Source: Camelus dromedarius (lineage: Eukaryota). Taken from it: DNA of 64,000 nt. Under the pieces are notes generated by a model. It was given only the letters and a program-made list of their open reading frames with translations. It had not been told where the DNA came from and did no database searches. The stretch covers positions 13,332,001 to 13,396,000 of the forward strand of contig NC_087437.1 in assembly GCF_036321535.1 (NCBI RefSeq), read 5' to 3'. Shown in pieces: positions 13,241 to 25,351 of this stretch (positions within the stretch are counted from its first letter, which is position 1; each line of letters opens with the position of its first letter). A program made the position numbers and the translations under genes.

Positions 13241-15529
13241 GACAGTCCCCAAGGAGAGGCTATAATCAAGGGAGGGCTGTGGCCTGGCCATTTCAAACCC
13301 TTACAGGGTACCATTTCCTAGATGAATTAATAAACCAAGGCTGGGATTCAACCATATAGATATAGAAACTAGGCTTTCTCAGTTCACTGGCAAGATCAGT
13401 GTTTAGTGTTAAATATCTCTTAACTAAGTACATATGACTATAGATGAAATGCCAGAAACTCAACGCATAATGTTATGGAAAGACAGAGCTTATTCTAAGA
13501 AAGTGCAATTTTCCTTTCCATTGATAGTATCCCCATCGAGGTGCCTGGAGCTCAGTAAATAATCAGACATGTGCTAGGTTAGCACTGATATAGACCAAAA
13601 GGGAATGCATGTTTGTGGAGCTGTTTATCCAGGCCATGGTGAGGTCAGATGAACCTCTCCCACCCTGTAATAGAGACCTCCCTGGCCAATGGCCAGAATT
13701 TTTATGACCACCCCCAACCCCAACCCCAGTTTATGTTTAGGAGCTTTCCCTACGATAATGGTGGACTGTCAGGTTGGGATCTTTGAGCCCAGTTTTGTAC
13801 CCAAGTTACCTGTTTCGGTTGAACTTCTGAGGGAACATACATACTCCTGTGTACAACCACACCCCGTGGGACACAGCGTCCCCTCCATGGCATGGGCTCC
13901 CTTGATGTTTACCTCTACAGGACAACCTTCTTTCCAAGTATTGAGTGGACCTCTCATTATGGCTGATTTTTTTTAACTTTTTTTTTTTTATTCCTCATTT
14001 TCTTCAAAAAATAACTCAAGGTAGCTCACAATAATGTGTAAAATAACACAATAGACTAGAAATTAGAAAAAGTAAGGGAAATTATAGGTCATATCTAGGA
14101 AAGTGTCACAAAATGAAGCTAGGAATAATGTTAAAATCAATACAATAGGCCATTCTAATTTTAAGTTTTCTTAACACCATAAAGGGATTAAGTCTACAAA
14201 TATAAACCCCCCTAGTGGGAATCTCAGTACTCACAGCTTCTGGATCCTGACATTTGTTCTCTATTTGGACACACGGTCTTTGGCTCATCCACACAGGCGC
14301 CTCCATCACATTAAAGACAGCACATGTTCAAAGGGCTTATGAGCTTTCCTGCCACCTCCAGTCAAAACAGCAGTAAGAAAAGGTGTTCTCCATCTTTCCC
14401 CAGCCCCCTCCTGCCAACAAGAAACAAGAGTCAGAGAGGTGAGAGCCAGGAAAATAGACAGGCTCAGTGCTCACGAAAACAGTAGCTGAAGCTCTTTGTC
14501 ATTTGAAAAGAATCAAGCTGAAAAGATGTCTTTGCTGCAGTTCAAACTAATGTGGGCCCTTCCCCTTCCTTCCCTCCCTCCCTCCCCACCATCTCTTTCC
14601 TCATTTATTTTCATGGTGACAATTTCCAGGACTTTTCTCTTTGATTTTCTTATAATGAAATTCACTTAGGAGAGAACAGAGAGGTTTTAGAGGAGAATTA
14701 AAAGTTTGACAGACTATGGCCCTTTCAATTATTTTAATTAAGTCCTAGCTGCTTCAAGACAACATAACACACTAAAGACAGTAACAAAAAACAAGGTAAG
14801 GGCCTCAGCTTCACTGCCAGCAAAACAGACAGAAGGAAGTGGCCCCATTCTGTCCAACACAGATCTCCCTTCCTTTGCTCCTCAGGTGGGGCTCACAATG
14901 AGTCTGTCCTGTCTTATTGTTGTTGTTATGTGGCCCAGGACAGAGCTGACCGAGGAGCAGCCTCTGGTTGTGTTCTCGCCCCTGGGTGCTGAGGTCTTTG
15001 CAGGCTGACACGCCACCCCCAGCTTTCCTTTGTCGTTAGAAAAGATAACTGTGTTTCAGAGATGCCCAGTCCAAGCTGAAGGCTTCTTAACCCATCTGAT
15101 TTCCCCTGCACAGCTTGTTCTCGGACTACAGTCACGGAAGGACTGCTCTTTGACATTTAAGCTTAACCATTGTTTCGCCAAAGAAGCAGTTATTAAAACT
15201 ATGTTCCCCTTCTGAAATTTTTTTTTAAAAGGATGTGAATTTTATTCTGAATGATTTGCCACATCTCTACAATTGTGGTGAGGCCAAGACCTACCACATA
15301 AGACTAGTGAGAGAATTAAAAGAAAATAAAATGTATAGTGCTATGCAGTGTGTCTGCTACATAGTAAGCACTCATTTAGTTAGTAACATTTATTAGCAGC
15401 ATTTTCTTGATTTTTAAATGATCGTATATTGAGCACATATTGTGTCATGTACTGTAATAGACAGTTTTTTTTGGTACAATTATCTATTATTCTCCCAAGA
15501 TCCCGGAAAAACGGGCTTTATAAATTTGC

Positions 15530-15830
15530 CTTTTTCTAGTTATAGTGTAATAATACTCATTGTAGAAAACCTTAAAATGGAGAAATTATAAATCAAAATG
15601 ATTTTCTCATCACCCAAAATTAATCTTTCAGCATTTTTGTCTTGATTATTGCCCTTGTGTATAAAATATATGTACTTTACAAAATTGGACTCATACTGCA
15701 AATCAATGTGGCTTCCTATGTTCATTTAACTCTATAGCATGAGCCTTTCCCCAGGACATTTAATATTATTGAATAACATTGGTTATTGTATATGCCATCA
15801 GAAAGGTGCAAAATAATTTACTTAATATTC
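15530..15830 (-). mobile_element. L1ME-type 3' fragment
   Basis: taatactcattgtagaaaaccttaaaat...ctttacaaaattggactcatactg. Confidence 0.6.
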
Positions 15831-16311
15831 TGTGAGATAGCAGCTACTGTTGTTTGGGTTTATAGCTGGAAAAATTGAAGACACAGAGACAGGATGGCAG
15901 GGAGCAGGGCACAGTTATTAAAAGAATGACATAGCAATTGAGGATATGACGTAAACATATACGAGTTAGAACCAAATCAGCCCAAGATGGCGGAAGATTC
16001 AACTCCCAGTGGACCTTGAACCTCATTGTAAATTCATTGTAATACATCAGCTGCTAAATGACACTCCCACAGATGACAGAACAGTTTCAGGACTGATCAT
16101 AAAAGGCCAAAAGGTGGGCATGGGCCCAGTTTCTGGAAATCCCCACCCCTTCCCCCAAATAATTAGAACAATCCTCCCATTCGTTAGCATATGAAACCCA
16201 GCCCATAAAAACTAACAGCCCCATTCCCTGGGGCCACCTCTCTTGCCTTCTGAGACAGCCCGCACTCTGGCTATGGAGTGTGTATCTTCAAGAACCTAAT
16301 CTCTGGCAACA
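15831..16311 (+). mobile_element. MER41-like ERV1 solo LTR with a 3' internal deletion
   Basis: ccaagatggcgg...gacactcccac...gttagcatat...cccataaaaactaac...gctatggagtgtg resembles the MER41 group; TG..CA ends; poly(A) signal segment appears to be missing. Confidence 0.75.
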
Positions 16312-16322
16312 GTAGGGGAGCT

Positions 16323-16826
16323 TGTTACCAAATGCCAAATTCATGATCCTGACGCATAGTGAGACCAAACAAACTGAAATGTCAGAGTTTGGAGCAGAGA
16401 GAGGTTTATTAGGAGAGGAAGTGTGAACCTGGAAGACGGGAGACCCAGACTCCTCTCAAATCCATCTCGCTGGCTGGCCAAGGCACAAGGGGAGAGAGAA
16501 GAAAGGGGAGAGAGAAGAAAGGGGAGTCTCTGTGATCCCTTAACTTCATTTTAAGAGAGAGCAAAAGCAATGGTTGAGGCTTTTATTATTTCATAATTAT
16601 TTAAGAATTTCAATTCCTGGTTGGCCCACGCTGCTTCAAGACCTTTTGGGTTTGCTCTTCCTTTGCTGCTTTGATTTCTCCCTTCCCTAATTAGTGGCCG
16701 TTTGAATCTGCTCTTTGGAACCACGGGGAAGCTTACGAGACTAAAGCCTTTTTCCTACAACAAGAAATGGGGGACACAGAGGGGCTTTTTCACCCAGGAG
16801 GCCCCAAAGGGTCCTGCTCTGTTTCA
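16323..16826 (-). mobile_element. ERV1 solo LTR
   Basis: Minus strand starts TGAAACAGAGCAGGACCCTTTGGGGCC and ends GGTAACA; AATAAA on minus strand (ggtttatt, ~16403). Confidence 0.8.
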
Positions 16827-16836
16827 CAGTTAGCTC

Positions 16837-17262
16837 TGTAGGGGAGGCAACAATTTTCCTCTACTCATCTTAGGGTCACAACTGGGGTCACTGTAACAAA
16901 AGGCAGATTAACAAGAGAAAAGCAAACTAGTTTATTAACACGTGTTTCACACACGTAGTGCACAGGACTGCCCAGAGATGAGCAAGGCAAAGAGGCGGCG
17001 TAGAGCTCCGGGTTTTATAGCATGTTCAAGAGAGACCACACCTGCAGAGAAAGACCTGGACAATGGAACGTGGTTTTGGCTTCCCAGGCGGGCAAACTGC
17101 GGGAAGGTAAGTGTATGGGGGGAAGTGAATGGAGTATGCTTTGTAGATTCCTCGGGTAGAGAGAGCTGTCCCTGCTTTTGCTGCTTATGAGTTGCCTCCA
17201 ACTCAAAATAATTTTTACATAAAAGAAGTATATTTTGGAGTGACATATTCTGGTTTATTTCA
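16837..17262 (-). mobile_element. MER34-group ERV1 solo LTR with 4-bp TSD
   Basis: TG..CA ends; exact TSD GCTC at 16833-16836 and 17263-17266; motifs cagattaacaagagaaaagc and ggagtgacatattctgg. Confidence 0.85.
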
Positions 17263-17264
17263 GC

Positions 17265-17565
17265 TCCAGCATGTCACAGCCTAGAAGTGCCAGGAGTTAA
17301 GGCCGCAGGAGCAACCCTTCCGGGTGAGACGGGAGGTGGTGGCTAAGTATCCAGCTTCCTCCCCCTGCAGGGGGACATTCCCAGGAGTGCTGTGCGCAGC
17401 CCTGCAGAGAAAGTCTATGGTGGCGTCAGCTCATATGTGCCCCCTTCATTGCCCTTCTTGCTCCCGATCGGCCTTTCCCACTCCCTCAAAGTGCTTTCCC
17501 AATAAACAAGGTGAGCAAGCCACTTGTCTTAGAGCCTCCTTTTGTGGGATACTCAAAGTAAGAGA
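17265..17565 (+). mobile_element. LTR16C-like ERVL LTR
   Basis: gaagtgccaggagttaagg...aagtatccagcttcctccc...ttcccaataaac. Confidence 0.65.
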
Positions 17566-17849
17566 ATCTCAGATACACCCACATTCCACATCCTGCAGAA
17601 TGTTAAGAGCAGGCAGATAGCCAGATGTAAGCAGAGAAAGTGGAGCACAGGCCAAATGGCAGGAACTGGACAAAAAGGAGAGACACACGCCTAATACAGG
17701 AGACCATACATCATGTAAAAAACAAGGGTTCCTGGGCAGACAAAAGTGGGAAACTTTGGGCAGATAAATGATCACACATTTTGGGGTGACAAGTGGCTTG
17801 GAAATCCACAGTGAAAGATAGGAAAAGGCAGGAATCTCCAGTGTCCAAA

Positions 17850-18205
17850 TGTAAACTTTTGCTCATTTCAATAAAATTAACCTTGCAGATTAGAAGTATT
17901 ATGCACCGAGGCCATGACACTTGTTATCCAGGACAAAAATCCCTCCTCCTTTCAGAAAAGTGGAGTTGGGATGAAAATATGACCCCAAACCCTTCCCTCC
18001 CCAATGCATATTCTGCCCATTCATTTTACACCCAATGTAGCCAACTTGCCAAAGAAACTCAGCGCAGCTGCTCACCTGAGCCTGCCCGCTCTCCCCTTGA
18101 GTGTCCCATGCATCCCTTAATAAATCCCACTTTACTTTCTTAACCTCCATGTCTCATCTCTGAATGCTTTCTGCCACAAGATAAGAACCCAGTCACTGGC
18201 AGCAA
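17850..18205 (+). mobile_element. ERV1-like LTR fragment
   Basis: gcctgcccgctctccccttgagtgtc...cttaataaatcccactttac...ctctgaatgctttctgccacaagataagaaccc, an R/U5-like end. Confidence 0.6.
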
Positions 18206-18289
18206 GAGTAGCTTGGTGGCCTGCCCACCGAAAAGCTCCCCTTTGTCAACCTCATCATTATGCTGAGAGGAGCATCTTCTAATCTTAAC

Positions 18290-18480
18290 GCTTAGGACAG
18301 TGATAACCTTCATGCCTGTAAGCTTCATGGCTTAGAAAGTTTTTTCATACGTTACTCCCTTTTTTAAGATCAGCCTTCAAAGAAACCTATTAAATGAGCA
18401 AGACAGTTCTTATCAGGCCCATTTTACAGATGAGGTAAAATTAACCCAGATAGGTTTGGTATATATCTCAGCATCTCAAA
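18290..18480 (-). mobile_element. MIR SINE
   Basis: cccattttacagatgagg core. Confidence 0.7.
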
Positions 18481-19069
18481 GAGAGATAATTATTATTTTA
18501 TATAATTTCCTGTTTTAATCCCATTACATACAGATTATCTGCTAAGTATTCCTGGATTGCTCCATATTTCATAATCTGAAGTAGAAAGGAACTATGGTTG
18601 ATTGGCAATTGGAGGAAAAAAAATAATAATTGGTTGATTAAAAATAAATAAGATGCTTAAAATTCTTAGTACTACTGTTTCAAGATTTTCCCGGTGAATT
18701 CAATGAATTAGTAATACAGTTTAAATAACAATGAGGTTAACCTTATCTGCTAAAAAAAAAGATGAAGAAAAAATGAAAGGTCACAGTTTTCAAAGGTAAC
18801 TGTCTCTCCCTTTTTTGTATACATTTTTTTAATGTCTGACAAAATGTCTTGTTAGAGCTAATTGGTCAACATAGAAAAATGTGCAAAAGGAATTTCATTC
18901 CGTGTGGAAGATTTTGAACTGATGGCATAAAATGGAGTTGCTTTGGGCAAAAGTCTGAGATTTCAATCTCAATAAAATTATGTAGGCAACAACTCCCTGC
19001 TGACTGTTTCCCCTTTGAGGCTGCCCCAGACCCTGCAGCCCTCTGTACCCCTTTTCTTGGGTTCTCAGT

Positions 19070-19720
19070 TGTAGAGACCCGATCACCTCCATCACTTTGA
19101 TGTTTTCTTAATCTAAAATTCAGGATCTCTTTTATTCAGACTGTAACCTCTTTTCTTCAGCTATGAACTGGGAATTTTTATTTGGATGCCCTAGAATGGC
19201 CTCAAACTCAATGTCTTCAGAAGCAAATTTGGGGGTTTCTTTGAAACATCACTGTCCTATGTCTATAGCCTCATTTACTCCAGATATTTTGCATCTTCTC
19301 TGACTCATTCTTCTTCATCGTTCTCCATCCCCAAAGACTAATTCTTATAATTTTTTCCATCCAAAATGGGATTCCATTGCCGCACAGTCATGCAATGACA
19401 TCTGCTTGAGTTACTCAACTGCATCTCAGGCCACTCCGCCCAGCCCCTTTCTCTGCTTGTACGCTGCTCCCAGCACCGTCAGGCATTCCTCCGAACCAGT
19501 CTCCCAGTGACTCCCTTTACCAAGTGTAATTTTGTTTGTTGGATTCTCAGAACTCTTCCTAATAAGCTCCTATTTTGGTCAACCCTATTCTTCTTATCCT
19601 GTTACGTGTACTCTCTGTATTTGTCCAAAGTCCCAGAGATCACAGCTCTTTCAACTCAGTTTTTGTAGTAGTTCCCACAGGCGCACAAAATAGATGTTCT
19701 CTGAAGTCTGTTAACTAAAT
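19070..19720 (+). mobile_element. LINE-2 fragment
   Basis: ttggatgccctagaatggcctcaaactcaatgtc and downstream pyrimidine-rich L2 text. Confidence 0.6.
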
Positions 19721-19765
19721 TGTCTGTGTTGCACATAGTAGAAATTCCACAGTTATTCATTGACT

Positions 19766-20326
19766 TGTTACTGAAATCAGGTTCGGCTGTTCGCCATCAC
19801 TCAAAAGCCAATAATCGAGAGGCAAGTGTCAATAGAAAGGAGAGGTGCTTTAATCAGAAAAGCCAGCAATCTGGGGAGAAGGTAGACTTACATCCAGAGA
19901 CCAGCTCCGAAGATTCTGCTCAGCCGTGTCAGTTTTTAAAGGGAATAATGCCCAGGAGAGGGGAGGGGGGAGAATCTCAGCAAATCATCGAGGCAGGAGT
20001 TTGGGCTCTGCATCACCTCCACTGCATGCATACTGGCTGACTCTCTCTTCAGATGTCATCTTGTCCCCGTGATCTGCCTGCAGGATTGCTAAGGGAGCTG
20101 TTGAGCATAAAGAGCTAGTCATTGTTTAGCTACTTCATTCTTCATTCTTACTCCTTCTAATCTTGGTAAAGAATCAGCAGGTCAAACAAGGTATGGCGTG
20201 CATCAGGAGACATAAGTCAGGAGTTAGTTTCGATTGCTTAGTGATCTCATTCCTATAATTAGGTTCTTTTAAGGTTGGAGGGGGACAGAAATGGGCAAAC
20301 AGGAAAGGGGCAAAGAGCTGCTTTCA
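19766..20326 (-). mobile_element. ERV1 3' LTR of a 5'-truncated provirus
   Basis: Minus strand starts TGAAAGCAGC and ends CAGTAACA; TATA-like TTTAAAAA and ATTAAA poly(A) signal; preceded by a purine-rich tract GACAGTGGGGTAT. Confidence 0.85.
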
Positions 20327-21204
20327 ATACCCCACTGTCAAACACCATTCCATTTCTATGGGATGAGGGGCAAAGACCCATCTTCTGTAACTTCTTCATT
20401 CTGACATAGGACGCCATGTTCTCAGAGTGGAAGATGTTGACATGCGTCTGTAGCATCTCTTTGCTGACAATTTTAGTTGCCCACTTACATATACAGGCAG
20501 AGCAAGCCACGACTATTTTGATGCCCACAAAGACACGGATTATGATAAGCAATAGTGTTCATCCCATCCTCTTAAGGCCAGTCCTTGGAATTGTGCTAAA
20601 CATAGATTCAGTGCTGCTCAAGATGGAGCAGCTTATGTCATGGTTGCAGACTGGTCACCTGATACAGTTAGCCTTTTTCCTCTGGGGACAGTTGTAACAT
20701 CTGTAAAAATAATTCAGTAATATGCATCAGACACCGAGTCTGACGCTATTGTCCTAATCATGAACAATCTGGTTTTGTACTGGGGTTGGGGGGAGACTTG
20801 CAAGGTTCTGCTTGGGTCCAGACTCAGTAAGTTTAAATGTTAAATTCTCATTTTTGAAAGAAGGGAGTACATAGTGTAGAGGTCAATAAACCAATGTATT
20901 ATACCAATATCTTAGGCTGTAGATTAAGTTTTAATTTATACAAATTATAGTCACTAACTTCTTGTGTCGGCCTTTGTAACTATTATAACTGAAGCATTGC
21001 CTCAGGGCTCGTAGGCTGAGAGGGACCCTGGTAGCCCACTCCCCGGGCAAAAATATATCATTGCCCAGGTCGGGGGTGTGGCAGCCAGCGGGCACCAAGT
21101 CCAGGCTGCACAGGATGCAGCGGGCTAGCTCCATAGTCTCTGCTCAGACCCCAGTTGGCTTAATGGGATTGTCGCTGGTGGAACCTTGAAGAAGAGAAGG
21201 AAAC
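20327..21204 (-). pseudogene. Decayed ERV internal gene in the env position (~270 codons, predicted membrane-anchored protein)
   Basis: Splice acceptor tttccttctcttcttcaag|g (AG at 21186-21185); ATG at 21134 in gagactATGG context; ORF-track pieces 21134-20931 and 20552-20259 share one frame with 6 stops and no frameshift; hydrophobic segment near the C-terminus; abuts PPT and LTR. Confidence 0.55.
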
Positions 21205-21481
21205 TGTCTGTCCTCTCCAAGAAGTGGCTGGTGGAGAAGACCTTGCGTACACTCCTCTCTCCCCACTCAACCGAAATCTCAGCCTCACTTAGTCAAGCTC
21301 TTTTCTCCTGACTATAGAAGAAATGGAAAAATCAATTCTGTATATGGAAAGAAGAAAACAAATTAAATACTGCATCAGGCCTCATTTTATAAGTTAAATC
21401 TCTTATATGAGTCAAGTGTTGCTTGAATTTGACCACTTAGAAGCAGGGTATCAATGGTAGAAGTAAGTTTGATTTCCAGAT

Positions 21482-21663
21482 CAGTGATTCCGAACTCTGG
21501 CTGTTCATCACGGTCACAGAGTGGAGGGACGCTTTCAAAGGGACTGGTACGTGGGCCCAGACAACCACAGATTTTAGCTTGAGGGTGGGACTCAGGCATG
21601 TGTATTTTTTTTAAAAAAAGCTCCCCAGGGAATTTTGATGAACATTCAGAGTTGGAAACCATC
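21482..21663. mobile_element. MER5A-like hAT DNA transposon
   Basis: cagtgattccgaactctggctg...gggtgggactcaggcatgtgtattttt...agctccccagggaattttgatg...gttggaaacca. Confidence 0.75.
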
Positions 21664-22538
21664 ATTTTCAGATGTAATAGCATGGGGTAAATACACGTTT
21701 AAGTTCCTTTCTGTCTTAGGAGTCCACGGTTTGACTGAATAAACCAAGTACTATGTCAATACTATGTCAAAGAAGGTAATTCTGGGCCAGAAACATATGA
21801 CTTGTTGGAGAAAGAATATGTTCTGTAGCCCATATCATTAAATTTTATTTTCCCTTAGAATGGACTGTAAAACAGCTGTACGTTTAAGCTATTCCCCTTC
21901 TGAAAGTTAAAGGAAACAGACCTGTTGGCTGACATTGGATTCTGAGTGGCCACAATTTGCAACACCTACTGACCTCCCAACTCAGAGCTAGGAAGTAATT
22001 TAAACCTAATTACAAACATCCTTTTCAATCTTTTCAAGTAAGAAAGGTTCAAAATTGAATCAACAAGTGGGAAAGGTTCAAGGAGGAAATCTGTCAACAA
22101 GGACAAATTCAAGGACACTGAGACCTTTAAAATGAGGGAAAGAGAAACCAGGACTTTCTCAAAATAGTGAACGCCGCCCTAAGTCCCCTGTAATCCCTGG
22201 AATGTTTGTCGCTTCCTCCTGTGGTCCTTTCTGTGTTTCCTATTCAGATAAGATACTGAATTTCCATCTAATATGTCAGGTGACGTCACTAGTCCATCAC
22301 TGACAAAGTTACATGGAAACACTTTGATCTTTCACAGGGGGCTTTTGTGCATTTCTGTAACTACCTGTAGTGTGTTTTCGATGTAAACCACCACCAAATG
22401 AGGAGTAGTCACTTTGAAACAGTTGTGATCATTCTTAGAAATAGGAGGTTTTGTTTCAGAACTTAGATGACTCCTATGCCTGGACTTGAAAATACACGTT
22501 GGGGAGTGTCTTTTACAGACCACTCTTAGCCAATCAAT

Positions 22539-22573
<35 letters not shown>

Positions 22574-23539
22574 CTTGGTTTCTGTTGACTTAGGCTGGCC
22601 CCACAGAAAGGAAAAGATGTATTTTCCACTTCAAAGTAAAGCCTCCATGGATCTGAAACTCCCCCTAAGATATTCGTTCCTCTGCATTAATTTGTTGCTG
22701 AATGTTAGACAGTTAAACCTATTCATAGTCATTTACACCATAGCATGAGCTAGTTCATTAGCCACGTTCTGCTGTGACTGCCAGCTGTTATTTTCATTTG
22801 GATCAGAGAGAATGAGATGGATGGTGTCATCTCCAGGATAGCAAATTGCTCTGAAGACCACTGGTCCCTTGGGGGAAAGGACAGGAATTCCTCTGTAGCA
22901 ATTAAAGACTTCTGTCTGAAGTAGCAATGATGTAAGGCAGCCTGGGGCCAAGGAAGTTGTTCCTCCAGCAGCAGTGAGAAATTGTCTGAGATGCAAAGGC
23001 ATACCCTCAGCCTCTTTGTCTACGCCCCTTAGCTACGAGCTAGAAAAAGAAAATTGCTATGTTTTTAAAATCCACACCTGGATTCCCAGCATTCTCTGGG
23101 TGAATTTTGAAGGTCCTTTTCTTCCTGTGCTTAATTGTCCCTTTAACTGATTTTCAACTGTTCAGTAGTCGTGAAGCGGGGAGAGTGAGATGTAGAGTGA
23201 AGTGTGAGGTAGTCCTGGGCTGAGGGAGGGGTTTGGACTGTCAATCTCTTAGCCAGGTCTGACTGGGGACATCTTCAAGGTCAGGGCACCTGAAAGTCAG
23301 AGGAAGAGGCTGAGAGCCTGGGAGAAGATAGACATATTCAGAAAAGAGCAGTGGAAACATCACCTGCAGACAGAGATTTCTCTCTGTCACTGTGGGGCCA
23401 TCATTTTCCTTCTCACCCAAGCTGGACCTTTGGAAGGCACCTGAGCTGCTTTCTCTGCGCCGTCAGTCACCAAGCACGATCTACGTTCCATCAATGGCTT
23501 CCCTCCTCCCCAGCTTCACGGCACTTCTCAGGCAGCCTG

Positions 23540-24000
23540 CATCGCCTCTCCCCTGGGCTGGGGCAGTCTTCTACCTGATCTCCTGGCCACCAGTCCCAGT
23601 CCCCATGAACCCACACCTCACAATATAGCCAGAAAGATGCTCTAAAAAGGTAATTGCTCCTCCCTCAAACGCTTAAAAGAGGTTCCTATCAATCTCAAAA
23701 AGTTCCCCTAATTGTGAGACCCTTGCCACCAGCAGCTCTGAGGATCCTTTTAGACCCTCGTGGTGACAGCGTCACCTCGCAAGATTCTACATCACCAAGC
23801 CCGTTCCCTTTCCAGCTTCATTTCCATCCTTCTAAGCGAAAAGTTTGCCATATGTGCCTGATGGCTTTCACACTCTTCTAAAACCTACTGATTTCCCTTT
23901 TTAGCCAAGAGACAGTGGGCTCAGAGCCTTTGCAGGCAAAAGTATCCAGCAAGGGTTTACTAAAGTGCTTTGTGTTCACTCTACTTGTTCCCCCGTTATA
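23540..24000 (+). mobile_element. LINE-2 fragment
   Basis: cctgatctcctggccaccagtc...ctcacaatatagccagaaagatgctctaaaa. Confidence 0.55.
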
Positions 24001-25227
24001 TTTAGGGCAAAAGATACGGGTTATTACTTACAACAATAATAAAGCTCTTTTATAAAGTAAGTTTTTTTTTCAAGTTAATAAAAGCAAATCAATTTAAAGA
24101 AAATATGAGATAAGAGTTTGAGTAAGAGATATTGCATCACTCGGATCTGGCAAAGATTGTGAAGGTGAAACTGACTGAAGCTCAGAAAACACTGACCCCG
24201 GGGGTCATAGTCCACGCTGGTCACCTCGCCACCCAAGGTCTCCAGCCACGCTGAGAACCACCTCATCCTGGGGCACCCGGTCCCGCCTGGAGTGGGGGTT
24301 CTGGCCACGCCTTACCCAGCAACGACTTCTGCGTTCTTCTTCTCAAAGTATTTCTCCTGCCCCGCTCCCCTTCCCCCAACTCCTGTCCACTAGGACAGCT
24401 GGCCTTTCTGGGCTTTTTATATTCTTCATCTACTCTAAGGCAGACCCCCGCCCCTGCTCTGCCCCCATGGAAGACACAGCTGGTGGGGCTGAGACCCCCG
24501 TGAGAAGGAATGATAGGACTGCCCTGTAGGGCAGTAACCGCTATGCCAACAGTGGTTTACAGTTACAATATGCTACTAGCTAAGCAATATTTATTGAGTG
24601 TGTATCATGTGCCAGACATCCAGCTTGTATACAGTATTTTAAGTAACTTTCTCAGGGCCACAGAATCACCAACAGTAACTAACCATACCAGGGAGGCAGT
24701 GGCGTGGGATATTTTTGGATGTGTGCGATTGGCTCAGGGCACGTTTAAATGTCCGTGCACCTGGCTGTGTCTCTGTCTCTGTCTCTAACATTTGCTAGGA
24801 CACAGAGGGACACAAAGGAGATCAGAGACCTTGCCGGAGGCTGGAGTCAGCAGTGCGTGAAGCACTTCTCTTCTGCCCTGGACTTGTGGAGGAACGAGGT
24901 GGAGGAATGCACAGAATAGTGTTTGTGAAGCATCCCAACTGGACCCCTCAGGGGTCACGGTGGTAGAAGCCGATTGTATTTTCCTGAGATTCTAAAATGA
25001 CACTGTGATCTCTCGTGTAGTCTAAAAGCTCACTGCTTTAAGATAGCAGTGTGTTTCCCTGCATATCGTCTCTTTTCTGCTCACACTCCCCCTGCAAGGT
25101 ATGCTTTCTTAGCCCATCTTACCGTTCTGAACACTGAGGTTCAGGGAAGGTAAGCGCTTTTTCTAAGATCATAGAACTGCTTAATGCAAAGTGCTGGGGC
25201 TTAAATCTGAGTTGTTGGTTACAAAAC

Positions 25228-25231
25228 CTTT

Positions 25232-25323
<92 letters not shown>

Positions 25324-25351
25324 TTCTTTCTTTCTTTCTTTCCTTTCTTTC
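25228..25351 (+). repeat. (TTTC)n microsatellite
   Basis: Directly visible; over 20 perfect units then a degenerate tail. Confidence 0.95.

Noticed and set aside
20688..20720. CYNC motif after an acceptor-like ttatttttacag, suggesting a Ly6/uPAR-type exon
   Set aside because: The following cysteine spacing and the terminal CCxxxxCN motif of LU domains are absent; kept only as part of the ERV ORF finding.
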